A DNA stretch of 64,000 nt from assembly GCA_963731975.1 (NCBI GenBank), contig CAVSXS010000007.1, forward strand, positions 76,479 through 140,478. The letters are read 5' to 3'. Shown here one piece after another: positions 31,749 through 40,700 of the stretch (the stretch's first letter is position 1; each line of letters begins with the position of its first letter). Position numbers and translations under genes: made by a program. The stretch is from an uncultured Chloroflexia bacterium. GTDB lineage: Bacteria > Chloroflexota > Ktedonobacteria > Ktedonobacterales > Ktedonobacteraceae. The notes under the pieces were generated by a model, which had not been told where the DNA came from, ran no database searches, and saw nothing but the letters and a program-made list of their open reading frames with translations.

Positions 31749-32954
31749 TTATTCTGGTAAGAGCCGCAGGAACACTTCGTTCCCCAGCAGGCGACCGCGC
31801 TTGCTCAGGCGTAGCCAGTCGCGGTCGTGGTCGAGCAGTCCCGCCTGCTCGACCAGGCTCAAGCGATCTCCGGCGAAGTGGGAGAAAGGCGTACCGAAAC
31901 GCGCCTCGAAGGTGGGCAGGTGTAGCCCTTGCGCGGTGCGCAGCGCCAGAAACGCCGTCTCGGACATCTCCTGCTCGCGCTCGACCACGTCGCTCTCCAC
32001 GATGGGCAGTTGCTGTCGCTTCAGGCTCTCGATATATCGCTGCGGGTCGCGTTCATTGGAGAAGCGCCTGCCGCCGAAGAAGGAGTGCGCGCCCGCGCCC
32101 ATACCCAGGTAAGGTAGGTTGTGCCAGTAGGTCAGGTTGTGGCGGCTCTCGTGACCGGGCAGCGCCCAGTTCGAGATTTCATAGTTCGCATATCCTTCAG
32201 CCCGCAGGCGCTCATCCGCGTATTCGTACATGTCGGCACACAGGTCTTCGTCGCCAGGGATAAGACGTCCTTCCTGTGTCCAATCGAAGAAAGGCGTCCC
32301 CTCTTCAATGATGAGCGAATAGAGGGAGAAGTGTTCTGGGTGCAGCGCCAGGGCAATATCGAGCGACTCTTGCCAGTGGCGCATGGTCTGCTCAGGCAGC
32401 CCGAACATGAGATCCAGATTGATCGAGGTAAAGCCTGCTGCACGCGCATTTTCTAGCGCCTGCGTGATCTCCTCTGGCGTGTGGATGCGTCCCAATGCTC
32501 TAAGAAGGCTGGCGTCGAAGCTCTGCGCACCCATGCTCAGACGGTTGATGCCGGTGGAGTGCAGGCCGGCGAGTTGTTCCCGGCTCAACGTACCCGGGTT
32601 GGCCTCCAGGGTGATCTCCGCTTCCTCGTCCACCTCGAACGAAGCGCGGCAGGCATTCAGAATGCGCTCGATTTGCCCGACGGAAAGCAGGCTGGGTGTG
32701 CCACCGCCAAAAAAGATGGTGCGCGAGCGACGAAGACCGCCGTCTGCCAGGCGCGCCGACTCCCCGGCCAGGGCGATCTCGCGCAGCACAGCGCGCACAT
32801 ATGGCTCGCGCAGCGGGAGCATTCCTGCATAGGTGTTGAAATCGCAGTAATAGCAGCGTGTGTGGCAAAATGGGATATGCAGATACAGCGCAGCCGTGGT
32901 GAGTAACTGGTGAATATCTGCTTGCCTGGTGCGGTCAAGCGTGCGTGTTGTCAT
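31749..32954 (-). CDS. hemW: radical SAM heme chaperone HemW / HemN-like
   Basis: 401 aa. LYLHIPFCHTRCYYCDFNT radical-SAM CxxxCxxC. HemN_C-like C-terminus. Confidence 0.9.
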   Translation of the reverse strand: MTTRTLDRTRQADIHQLLTTAALYLHIPFCHTRCYYCDFNTYAGMLPLREPYVRAVLREIALAGESARLADGGLRRSRTIFFGGGTPSLLSVGQIERILNACRASFEVDEEAEITLEANPGTLSREQLAGLHSTGINRLSMGAQSFDASLLRALGRIHTPEEITQALENARAAGFTSINLDLMFGLPEQTMRHWQESLDIALALHPEHFSLYSLIIEEGTPFFDWTQEGRLIPGDEDLCADMYEYADERLRAEGYANYEISNWALPGHESRHNLTYWHNLPYLGMGAGAHSFFGGRRFSNERDPQRYIESLKRQQLPIVESDVVEREQEMSETAFLALRTAQGLHLPTFEARFGTPFSHFAGDRLSLVEQAGLLDHDRDWLRLSKRGRLLGNEVFLRLLPE

Positions 32955-33071
32955 GTGATATCTCGTATGAAATGTAGGGGCGACCCTCGCGGTCGCCCGC
33001 CGGTGCCTGTGATATCTCGTGTGAAATGTAGGAGCGACCGCTTGCGCTCACGCGGTCGCCCGCCTGTGCCT
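32955..33071. repeat. tandem pair of extended REP units
   Basis: Two direct copies of GTGATATCTCGT(A/G)TGAAATGTAGG(G/A)GCGACC...GGTCGCCCGCC(G/T)GTGCCT at 32955-33008 and 33009-33071. Confidence 0.85.
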
Positions 33072-33153
33072 CGTGCGCCGCCAATCTCGCCATGTGCGGC
33101 ATACGAGCGGGAGGCGGGCGACCGCGGCGGTCGCTCCTTCAGGAATGATAGTG

Positions 33154-34599
33154 TTAGCCGGTTGGGCTGGTCGTATTCGACGAGCTTGGCGCGGCTGCCG
33201 GCAAGATCGATGTCGGCGGCAGGTTATTCGTATCGATGAGCATGTTCTGGTCCGGCGCGCTGATGGACATGCTCGGGTCCGCTCTCAGTTCGAGCAGCCA
33301 GTTAGACAGGGCGCTGCCCTGGGCCGTTTGCAGTGTCTTCGAGTCAACGGCGCGCGATGGGTCGATCCCGATGATTTGCACAATGCGATAGGAGCCGTTC
33401 TCATTCAGGATCGGGCTGATCTCGAAGACGTAGCGCGACGGGTCGAAGAGCCAGTTATCGACAGTGGCCGTACCCTCGTTCTGCGCGTACTGGCCGCGAA
33501 TGAGCCAGCCCAGGTCGCCGCCATTTGAAGCCGTGGCAGTATCCTGCGACTTCTGCTTGGCGATCTGCCCAAAGGTCGCGCCATGATTGGCTTGTATCTG
33601 CTTCAGGATCGACTGCGCGTGTGCCAGCGTGTCGATAGTCATAGAACGCGCATCGACCTGGTAGGCCGGTGAGACGATCCTGGAAGCCAGGTAGGTCTGC
33701 ATATTATCACGGCGCATACTGACGGTCATCATGGCGATCATATCGTCGTTCGATACGTTCATCTGGCTGAGCAAGCTGCTGTAGGTCGTGTTCGTTGGAA
33801 TGCCCGCGGCCAGTTTGTTGACAGCATTTGCGACCGCGCTGGCAGACGGGTTGATCTTGTTTTGCAGGGCGACGCTCTGGTTAGCAAGCCATTCGCGGAT
33901 GAGTTCGTCATCTTGCAGCCAGGTCGCGCTGTCGGTGGCGATCTGTGACTCTGTGAATATCTGCTGCTCCAATGGAATGGTGTTCTGCGTCAGGTTGTTG
34001 ATACTAGCAGTCAGGTTCTGATGTTGTGTCTGCGCGTTGGACTGCAACGTTTGCTGGACCTTCAATTGACTTTCGAGGCTGGTACGTGCCGCACTGGGAC
34101 CAGCCGGGAGCTTGGCAATCTTGCTCTTGAGCGTATTGATGGTGGTCGTTGTATCGGTGATGATCTTGAGCTGCGCGGCGTCCTGCTTTTGCAGGCTGGC
34201 ATTCTGCGCGTTCAGACCGTTGACACCGTTGATCTTGTTATTCTCGACCATTGTCTTGAACGCGGCCATCTTGCGAAATTGCGACTGCGGAATCTGATGC
34301 CCGTTGACCGTCGTGATGGCGAGGCTCGGAATGATGATATTGGTATTGATCCAGCTTCCCAAGAGCACGCCGACGATAATGAGGATGACGAGACCCGTAA
34401 ATGACCAGGTAGCGAGACGCTGCACCCTGATTTTTTCGCTGTGGGAAAGATGCTTTCCCCAGCCAAAAATGAGTGGCTTGCCGTCGCGTTTTGTGTCAAT
34501 GCCTCGCGCCGTCTGTCGAGAGTATCGTTTCGCTTTAGTTGACCGGTTAGATCGCGTATTGTCGGGCCGTCGCGGTGGCCGCTCTGTCTGACTTTTCAT
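33154..34599 (-). CDS. membrane-anchored peptidyl-prolyl isomerase (parvulin / SurA-PrsA-like)
   Basis: Start chosen at MKSQTERPP (ATG 34599). One N-terminal TM helix. Parvulin motif GGDLGWLIRGQY near the C-terminus. Confidence 0.8.
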   Translation of the reverse strand: MKSQTERPPRRPDNTRSNRSTKAKRYSRQTARGIDTKRDGKPLIFGWGKHLSHSEKIRVQRLATWSFTGLVILIIVGVLLGSWINTNIIIPSLAITTVNGHQIPQSQFRKMAAFKTMVENNKINGVNGLNAQNASLQKQDAAQLKIITDTTTTINTLKSKIAKLPAGPSAARTSLESQLKVQQTLQSNAQTQHQNLTASINNLTQNTIPLEQQIFTESQIATDSATWLQDDELIREWLANQSVALQNKINPSASAVANAVNKLAAGIPTNTTYSSLLSQMNVSNDDMIAMMTVSMRRDNMQTYLASRIVSPAYQVDARSMTIDTLAHAQSILKQIQANHGATFGQIAKQKSQDTATASNGGDLGWLIRGQYAQNEGTATVDNWLFDPSRYVFEISPILNENGSYRIVQIIGIDPSRAVDSKTLQTAQGSALSNWLLELRADPSMSISAPDQNMLIDTNNLPPTSILPAAAPSSSNTTSPTG

Positions 34600-34739
34600 C
34601 AAGGTCCCTTCCTGCTCAAAGCAACTGCCAGCATTCACATCACGCAGAAACACAGTAAAGGTGTAGTGCTGCTTTCCTTCAAACGTTACTACGAAGGAAC
34701 CGGCATCATCTTCACTGTGTTGTGCATGAGCGTCCGCCT

Positions 34740-35030
34740 CTACAAATTGCGCAAATGTTCCGCAGTATAGGGCAGCAACGCCATAAAGCGCGCCTGCTTG
34801 AGGGCGGTGCTAAGGCGGCGCTGGTGTTTCGCGCACGTTCCCGTCTTGCGGCGGGGTTCAATCTTCCCGCGGTCCGAGATGTAGCGCTTTATGAAACGGT
34901 TCGCATCTTTGTAGTCAATTTCGCGCACGTGGTCGTGGCAAAACTGGCAGATTTTACGGCGCGGTATGCGGTCTCCGCGCCCGCCCGAACGCGGGCGCGA
35001 ATAGGATGATCCTTCACTTCTTCTTTGCAT
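34740..35030 (-). CDS. rpsR: 30S ribosomal protein S18
   Basis: ...[19 protein letters not shown]...[36 protein letters not shown]. Confidence 0.96.
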   Translation of the reverse strand: MQRRSEGSSYSRPRSGGRGDRIPRRKICQFCHDHVREIDYKDANRFIKRYISDRGKIEPRRKTGTCAKHQRRLSTALKQARFMALLPYTAEHLRNL

Positions 35031-35087
35031 GAATTCTTCTCCAGATGTGTCCCGGCAGGAGACTAGAAGTCTATCTGCTCCGGGTCT

Positions 35088-35501
35088 TTAGGAGTGGTCA
35101 TCCGGGAAATCGGGTAGAAAGGGATCGTCGCTGTCCGAGCTGCCACTGGTAGAGCTTCCAACACCGGCTGTAGCGGACTTAGGCGTGAGGAATTGCATGT
35201 CATTGGCAATTACCTCAACCGAAGTGCGCTGGATGCCGTCCCTGTCGGTATATTTGCGCTGCGTGAGGCGGCCTTCGATGTAGACTTTCGATCCTTTTTG
35301 CAGGTAGCGCTCGCAGGTTTCGGCGAGTTGCCTCCATGCGACGATATTGAACCACTCGGTCTCTTCCTTGCGCTCGCCGCTGCTCGACTTGTAATTGCGA
35401 CTGACCGCGAGCGAAAACTTTGCGACGGGAGTGCCATCCGAAGTGATTTGCAATTCCGGGTCTCTTCCAAGATTCCCGATGAGCATAATTTTGTTGAGCA
35501 T
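35088..35501 (-). CDS. ssb: single-stranded DNA-binding protein
   Basis: MLNKIMLIGNLGRDPELQ...TEWFNIVAWRQLAE... with an acidic DDPF-containing tail. Confidence 0.96.
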   Translation of the reverse strand: MLNKIMLIGNLGRDPELQITSDGTPVAKFSLAVSRNYKSSSGERKEETEWFNIVAWRQLAETCERYLQKGSKVYIEGRLTQRKYTDRDGIQRTSVEVIANDMQFLTPKSATAGVGSSTSGSSDSDDPFLPDFPDDHS

Positions 35502-35593
35502 GGTTTTTCAATCCTTTCAACGTCTGTCGCTATGACAATCCCTTCACCGAAACCGCGTGGCCTGCGGCATGTACCCGAACCGGATGCCTCTCC

Positions 35594-36118
35594 CTATGCT
35601 TCCACAGTTTCTTCTTCTGCTTCTTCTTCAATAGCCGGTGGTACGTACTCGATTTCCTCCGGGGAAATCTCGATGGGCAGTTCGTCCTCACTGCTGGCGA
35701 GCGCGTCTTCTGCTTCTGCGGGAACTTCCTCAGCCTGGGCGGGAACTTCGGCCTCTGTCTCAGCGCTGGTGGCCTGTTCCTGTGCGGCGGCACGCGCTTC
35801 GCTCTCCTCGCGTTCCTTCTTGATGGCCTTCGGGTCGCGCCGGATGACCATATGCCGCAGTACTTCCTCCGTCACCTTGAGAGTACGATCCAGTTCAAAA
35901 ACGGTTTCGGGAGTGAGAATCATGTCCATGAACACATAGAAACCGTCACGGTGATGCTCAATGGGATAGGCCATACGGCGGCGTCCCCATTGATTGACTC
36001 GCACGATTTGACCGTCGTAGTTGGTGACGATCTGCGAGATGCGCGACATGACCGCGCCTGTTTGCTCTTCGTTGACTTCGGGGTTGAGAATAAATCCTAA
36101 TTCATAGTCCCTCTTCAC
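35594..36118 (-). CDS. rpsF: 30S ribosomal protein S6 (long acidic tail)
   Basis: GTG at 36118 after AGGAGG. (M)KRDYELGFILNPEV...QWGRRRMAYPI. The longer ORF from 36205 was rejected. Confidence 0.93.
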   Translation of the reverse strand: MKRDYELGFILNPEVNEEQTGAVMSRISQIVTNYDGQIVRVNQWGRRRMAYPIEHHRDGFYVFMDMILTPETVFELDRTLKVTEEVLRHMVIRRDPKAIKKEREESEARAAAQEQATSAETEAEVPAQAEEVPAEAEDALASSEDELPIEISPEEIEYVPPAIEEEAEEETVEA

Positions 36119-36520
36119 GAAGCCACCTCCTTTCCTATGGGCATGCTTCTGGTCGGTCGCTCGCGAGCTATTTGAGCGATGCCAGAGCAGGTGGAGCATC
36201 GACATGGCTGCATCGATGCAAACCTGCGCCGCGACACTCCGCGGCGCTTTTCACTATTTCATGTGCTTTCTCCTGTTCAGGAGATGCTGTGGTTTTTCAC
36301 CCGCGTGGATTATGACGGGCGGAAAAAGCACCTCGCTATTATAACATTGTTCCCTTCGTCTGACAATATGGTGATTCAAACTGTAGGGCGACCCTTGTTT
36401 CACAATTCTTTTTCACGTTTACAAAACCGGAAAATCTTTTGCCCCTCTCGTTTTTTGTAAAGGCGGCATGGCGACGAAACGATGGAAGGGGTGAAGCTTG
36501 CCTCGCCCTTGCAAGATTTA

Positions 36521-36549
36521 TTGACATAGGTCAATCTTTCACGCATACT
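36521..36549 (+). promoter_or_regulatory. sigma70-type promoter candidate
   Basis: TTGACA (36521-36526), 17 nt, then CATACT (36544-36549), about 40 nt upstream of the 36591 ATG. Confidence 0.35.
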
Positions 36550-36590
36550 GTACGTATCCTTTATCTACTGTCATTGTTGAGTGGGGAATT

Positions 36591-38390
36591 ATGCAACCCG
36601 GCGAACGCCCAGATAGCCCATCACGCTCGTTCCGCGCGCACAGGACACACCCGGCGCTTCCCGGAATGACGTCGCCCACTACGCCTGTTACCCCGCGCTT
36701 GCAGGCGAGAACAGGGCAGCTTCCGCCGCCGCGCTCTCTGACACCCTCGCCTGACGCGCGTCGGCGGCTGTCGCCCGCTCGCCGTGCCGCCTGGAAGCTG
36801 CTGGCCCTGGGCCTGTTCCTCGCCTTTGTGTATCTCGCGCTCTACCCCCTCTTCGCAGGTGCGACCACCGGGCATGATGCCGCGAAAGCTGCCTGGCTCG
36901 GTTTCTTTCCCTGGCTTACACGCCTGTTCTGGACCGCCTGGACGCCCGTCACACAAGCCATCGGCCATGTGGCAATCTTCAAGCTGGAGCAGCCATCCGG
37001 GTTTGCTAATTTGCTCGCCACCGGGTTCGTGCTGGCTTTTGTCGCGCTTGTGTTCGCCGCGCGAGTTGCTCGCAATGTGGCACACGGGCGCCTGCTCGGT
37101 CACGATGTGCGCCTGCTGTTCTGGATTATCTTCGCATTCACAGCCCTGTTCGGTCTGCTTTTCCTCTTCGCGCCAGCCATTCTGACGCAAGATGCCTGGC
37201 TATATGGCCTGTATGGGCGCATTGTCACGCTTAACCACAGCAACCCGTACACGGTAGCAATTGCCGTCGCACCCGGCGATATCCTGCATGGTGTGTTGCT
37301 CGGCTCCATAGCCCATCCTACCTTCGGCCCCGTCTGGATGGATGCCGCGCTGACAGTGGCGTTATTCGCGCACAGTGCAGCATCGATCCTGTTCGACTTT
37401 CGCCTGGTGGGGCTGGTTGTACACCTGGTGAATACCGTGCTGATCTGGCAGCTGCTGGCGCGAACCAAGCCCGAGGCGCGTTTCGCGGGGACGCTGTTGT
37501 ACGCCTGGAACCCGGCACCGCTGCTGCTGGGCATTGCCGAGATGCACCTGGAGATAGTGGTGATCCTCTTCGTATTGCTCGCCGCGCTCTTCTACCAGCG
37601 CCGGATGCTCCTACTCAGTTGGGTCTGCCTGCTGCTGTCGGCCATGATCGACCCGTTCAGCCTGCTGTTCTTCCCGCTCTTCCTCAGCTTGCTATGGAAG
37701 GCGGCGCGTAGCCTGCCCGCGGGCCGCCGGGCAATGTGGTGGCTCGCGCTTGTTGGCATATCGGCATTCATGATCGTGCTGGCCTATCTTCCTTACTGGT
37801 CTGATTGGAGCATGGCGGGGATCGGCGCGCAGATCGGACACGCCTTCATCCCAGGCACGGCGAATCAATCGCTGGCCTCGGCCATTCAGCACTTGCCGGT
37901 AGGCACGTCTCACGCTCTGGGCTGGCTAGCTACCCCGCCGTTCTGGAGCGCCCTGACGCTCGTTCTGGCGGCGTGCCTGCTGATGCTGGGTCTCTGGCTG
38001 GCCGAAAAACTCGAACTTGTCCTGCTCTTCGCAAGCTGGCTCACCCTGGCGTTCCTGGTACTCTCCCCTTTCTACCAGCCCTGGTTTGCGCTGCTGCCGC
38101 TGTCACTGGCAATCGCCAGCGCCAGTTCGAGAACAACCCTGCTGGCCATGCTGTTGGCTGCTGGCGCGCTACTCGCCTACATCTTCTCCCTCTCGACACC
38201 TTCCTGGGCGGGTCAGGGTCTCGTCACGGTCGGCTTGCCCGTCTTGATCTGGGGCTGGTCGCTCTTCTTCGCCACAACCTGGCACATGACGCGCGCCCGC
38301 GATGCCGACTCCGGCCAGGTGCAGGCCGTTAAACAACCGGCGCGCGGCCCGCGTTTCTCGCGCCCATCGTGGCCTGTGCGCAGCAAATAA
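36591..38390 (+). CDS. polytopic integral membrane protein, function unknown (possibly GT-C-type glycosyltransferase; speculative)
   Basis: 599 aa. Pro/Arg-rich cytoplasmic N-terminus, then more than 10 hydrophobic segments. Good GC3 coding signal. No motif I can name with certainty. Confidence 0.75.
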   Translation: MQPGERPDSPSRSFRAHRTHPALPGMTSPTTPVTPRLQARTGQLPPPRSLTPSPDARRRLSPARRAAWKLLALGLFLAFVYLALYPLFAGATTGHDAAKAAWLGFFPWLTRLFWTAWTPVTQAIGHVAIFKLEQPSGFANLLATGFVLAFVALVFAARVARNVAHGRLLGHDVRLLFWIIFAFTALFGLLFLFAPAILTQDAWLYGLYGRIVTLNHSNPYTVAIAVAPGDILHGVLLGSIAHPTFGPVWMDAALTVALFAHSAASILFDFRLVGLVVHLVNTVLIWQLLARTKPEARFAGTLLYAWNPAPLLLGIAEMHLEIVVILFVLLAALFYQRRMLLLSWVCLLLSAMIDPFSLLFFPLFLSLLWKAARSLPAGRRAMWWLALVGISAFMIVLAYLPYWSDWSMAGIGAQIGHAFIPGTANQSLASAIQHLPVGTSHALGWLATPPFWSALTLVLAACLLMLGLWLAEKLELVLLFASWLTLAFLVLSPFYQPWFALLPLSLAIASASSRTTLLAMLLAAGALLAYIFSLSTPSWAGQGLVTVGLPVLIWGWSLFFATTWHMTRARDADSGQVQAVKQPARGPRFSRPSWPVRSK

Positions 38391-38393
38391 CCT

Positions 38394-38423
38394 GTTGCGC
38401 AATACGACAGGGTATGTTATAAT
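38394..38423 (+). promoter_or_regulatory. extended -10 promoter candidate for rpmI-rplT
   Basis: TTGCGC, 18 nt (ending in TGT), then TATAAT (38418-38423). Confidence 0.4.
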
Positions 38424-38641
38424 CTGCGAGTCACGCGGGGTATGCTCCCGAAACAGGCTTCTCTGCGCCTTCGACGGAGCAAAAACGGTGGATTGAAGCG
38501 CAAACTGTGAAGTATCGCCTTCGTTTTTTCTACCACCTTTCTACCTTGTTTTTGTGTGTCATGCGCGTTTTGTTCGCATGCACATCGTCTCGCAGGTAGT
38601 GACTACTGATAAACAACCCCGCCAGAAATGGAAAGAAACGC

Positions 38642-38845
38642 ATGAAGCAGAAATTGAAAACGCACAAGGCCATGTCGAAGCGTGTCAGAGTGACTGGCTC
38701 CGGCAAGTTCGTGCGCCGCAAAGTGGCCATCAGCCACCTGCGCCGCAACAAATCCCCTCAGCTTGTCCGTTCGGCGGATAAGACCGTTGGTCTGTCAACC
38801 GCCGATACTCGCCGTTTGAAACGTCTACTTCCCTACTCGTTTTAA
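38642..38845 (+). CDS. rpmI: 50S ribosomal protein L35
   Basis: MKQKLKTHKAMSKRVRVTGSGKFVRRK... Confidence 0.96.
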   Translation: MKQKLKTHKAMSKRVRVTGSGKFVRRKVAISHLRRNKSPQLVRSADKTVGLSTADTRRLKRLLPYSF

Positions 38846-38861
38846 GCGTGGATTTCAGCAT

Positions 38862-38894
38862 GTAGGGGCGACCCCCGTGATTGCGCGGTCGCCC
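38862..38894. repeat. REP-like hairpin
   Basis: GTAGGGGCGACCCCCGTGATTGCGCGGTCGCCC between rpmI and rplT. Confidence 0.75.
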
Positions 38895-38927
38895 TGGTTG
38901 TCTCAATCGAATGGAGGAAACGAAACA

Positions 38928-39284
38928 ATGCCGAGGGTAAAACGTGGCGTAACAGCCCACAAGAAACATAAGAAGTTGCTCCAGATGGCCGAGGGCCACC
39001 GTGGCACACGCAAGCGCCTGATTCGTCCCGCGCGCGAGTCCCTCTTGCACTCGATGGCTTATATGTACCGCGACCGGCGCACCCGCAAGCGCGACATGCG
39101 CGCCCTGTGGATCACGCGCATCAATGCTGCTGCTCGTATGCACGGCGTGAGCTACAGCAAGCTCATGCATGCCATCCACACCGCCAACATCGAAGTGGAT
39201 CGCAAGATACTGGCCGAGATGGCCGTCAATGACGAAGCGGCCTTCACCGCCCTCGTCCAGGCGGCACTGGCAATCATCGAATAA
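38928..39284 (+). CDS. rplT: 50S ribosomal protein L20
   Basis: ATG at 38928 after GGAGGA. MPRVKRGVTAHKKHKKLLQMAEGHRG... Confidence 0.96.
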   Translation: MPRVKRGVTAHKKHKKLLQMAEGHRGTRKRLIRPARESLLHSMAYMYRDRRTRKRDMRALWITRINAAARMHGVSYSKLMHAIHTANIEVDRKILAEMAVNDEAAFTALVQAALAIIE

Positions 39285-39296
39285 GTTTCAGGAAGT

Positions 39297-39335
39297 TCGC
39301 CGGGCGCGATACCACGCGACCCGGCGATTTTATTT
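39297..39335 (+). terminator. intrinsic terminator after rplT
   Basis: TCGCCGGGCGCG-ATACCA-CGCG(A)CCCGGCGA followed by TTTTATTT. It ends 2 nt before the next ATG. Confidence 0.65.
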
Positions 39336-39337
39336 CT

Positions 39338-40180
39338 ATGACACTCATTACCAGCACCGCCAATCCACGCATTCGCCAGTTGCAAGACCTGCTGACCAGC
39401 CGGGGACGCAAGAAGCACGGTCTTTTTTTGATGGAGGGGCCGCACCTTCTGGAAGCCTTGCTCAATGCCTCGCTGCTGCCCGTAGAGGTCTACTATCAGC
39501 CTGCGCTGCTCCAACGCACTGAGGAGGGCCGCGCGCTCCTGCAACGCCTGCTCACCTCGCCATCGTTGCCTGCTGGCAGCCTGCTCGAGGTGAGCGAGCG
39601 CGTGAGCGAGGCATTGGGAGAGACGGAGACATCGCAAGGGGTGGTGAGCGTGCTGCCCCTGGCGGCCTTCACGGTGGAGCAGACACGCGCGAGGCGCAAA
39701 GCGAGGTGGCGGCCAGCGCTGCTGATCCTCGACGCGCTGGCCGATCCGGGCAACATGGGTACTATCTTGCGCACGGCGCTTGCCGCCGATGTGGAAGAGG
39801 TCGTACTGACGCCAAACTGTGTCGATTGCTTCAGCCCCAAGGTGGTGCGCGCGGCAGCAGGTGCGCACGTGGCGCTGCCCATCGCCAGCAATCAGGCGTG
39901 GTCGGCCATCGCCCAGCGCGTCGAGGAGCATTGCCAGGGGCAGCCGCGCGTCTTGCTGGCGGAGGCTGGCCGCTCGCACTGGTATTTCGAGTACGATTTG
40001 CAATCGCCCTTCGCGCTGATTATCGGCAACGAAGCACACGGCCCTTCCCAGGAAGCGCGCCGCCTCTCTACCACTCCCATTGCAATCCCCCTGGCAAACG
40101 ACGTGGAATCGCTCAACGCGGCTATGGCAACGGGAATCATCTTATACGAGGCGGTTCGACAGCAGCATCATGCCAGTTAA
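39338..40180 (+). CDS. TrmH/SpoU-family RNA 2'-O-methyltransferase
   Basis: 280 aa. ...LILDALADPGNMGTILRTA...LIIGNEAHG...IPLANDVESLNAAMATGIILYE are SpoU motifs. Confidence 0.9.
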   Translation: MTLITSTANPRIRQLQDLLTSRGRKKHGLFLMEGPHLLEALLNASLLPVEVYYQPALLQRTEEGRALLQRLLTSPSLPAGSLLEVSERVSEALGETETSQGVVSVLPLAAFTVEQTRARRKARWRPALLILDALADPGNMGTILRTALAADVEEVVLTPNCVDCFSPKVVRAAAGAHVALPIASNQAWSAIAQRVEEHCQGQPRVLLAEAGRSHWYFEYDLQSPFALIIGNEAHGPSQEARRLSTTPIAIPLANDVESLNAAMATGIILYEAVRQQHHAS

Positions 40181-40188
40181 ACAGAAAT

Positions 40189-40218
40189 GAGAGGACAGGC
40201 CACACGGCCTATCCTCTC
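40189..40218. terminator. hairpin between convergent genes
   Basis: GAGAGGACAGGCC-ACAC-GGCCTATCCTCTC (13-nt arms, 1 mismatch). Confidence 0.5.
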
Positions 40219-40262
40219 GCTTTATATGCATGTGTGTGCTTATTGATTGGCGTATTGGTATA

Positions 40263-40499
40263 TTACCAACGGCTGCCCATCTCGCGGCAGACGTCGTCAC
40301 TATGAGCGACTGTCAGGCTACCACCGCAACTCTCGCAGATGGTGGGAGTGGAACCGGCGTGGATCATGCCGCAGGTTTCGCAAACCCAGCGATACGAGAG
40401 CAGAGTAGGACGCCGCGTGAGCATTGACACTGCCGCCTGCACAGCTGCTGCATCGCTCATTTCAACAACATCGTTGGTATGTTTTCTCTGTGCAATCAT
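40263..40499 (-). CDS. small zinc-ribbon / rubredoxin-like protein, function unknown
   Basis: 78 aa. ATG preceded by AAGGAG. CETCG...CESCG pair of CxxC knuckles. Confidence 0.65.
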   Translation of the reverse strand: MIAQRKHTNDVVEMSDAAAVQAAVSMLTRRPTLLSYRWVCETCGMIHAGSTPTICESCGGSLTVAHSDDVCREMGSRW

Positions 40500-40642
40500 G
40501 GTAAAGCTCCTTCGGGTTGATAGAACCAGTCGTATATGGATAGATCAGCCGTGAATGATCGTCTGTATCAAGTCTAACAGCCTGGGAGCTTCCGTGTCTA
40601 TGAATTTGGATAGGTGTTCTGGATACTATACATAAGTGAAGA

Positions 40643-40696
40643 GTTATAGAGAGAAAGCCCGGTTGGACGTACCCAACCGAGCTTTCTCTCTATAAC
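40643..40696 (-). terminator. long hairpin immediately 3' of the MCP-like gene
   Basis: 24-nt arms GTTATAGAGAGAAAGCCCGGTTGG / CCAACCGAGCTTTCTCTCTATAAC with a 6-nt loop. No clear U run. Confidence 0.5.
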
Positions 40697-40700
40697 TAAC

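Noticed and set aside
32955-33071. CRISPR-like appearance of the tandem hairpin repeats.
   Set aside because: There are only two units, the 'spacers' are the diverged loop of the same palindrome, no cas genes are nearby, and the units belong to the dispersed REP family.
39152-40039. 295-aa minus-strand ORF over rplT and the TrmH-family gene.
   Set aside because: It is antisense to genes with clear homology, has a low-complexity Arg/Gln/Ala-rich sequence, and spans the rplT terminator.
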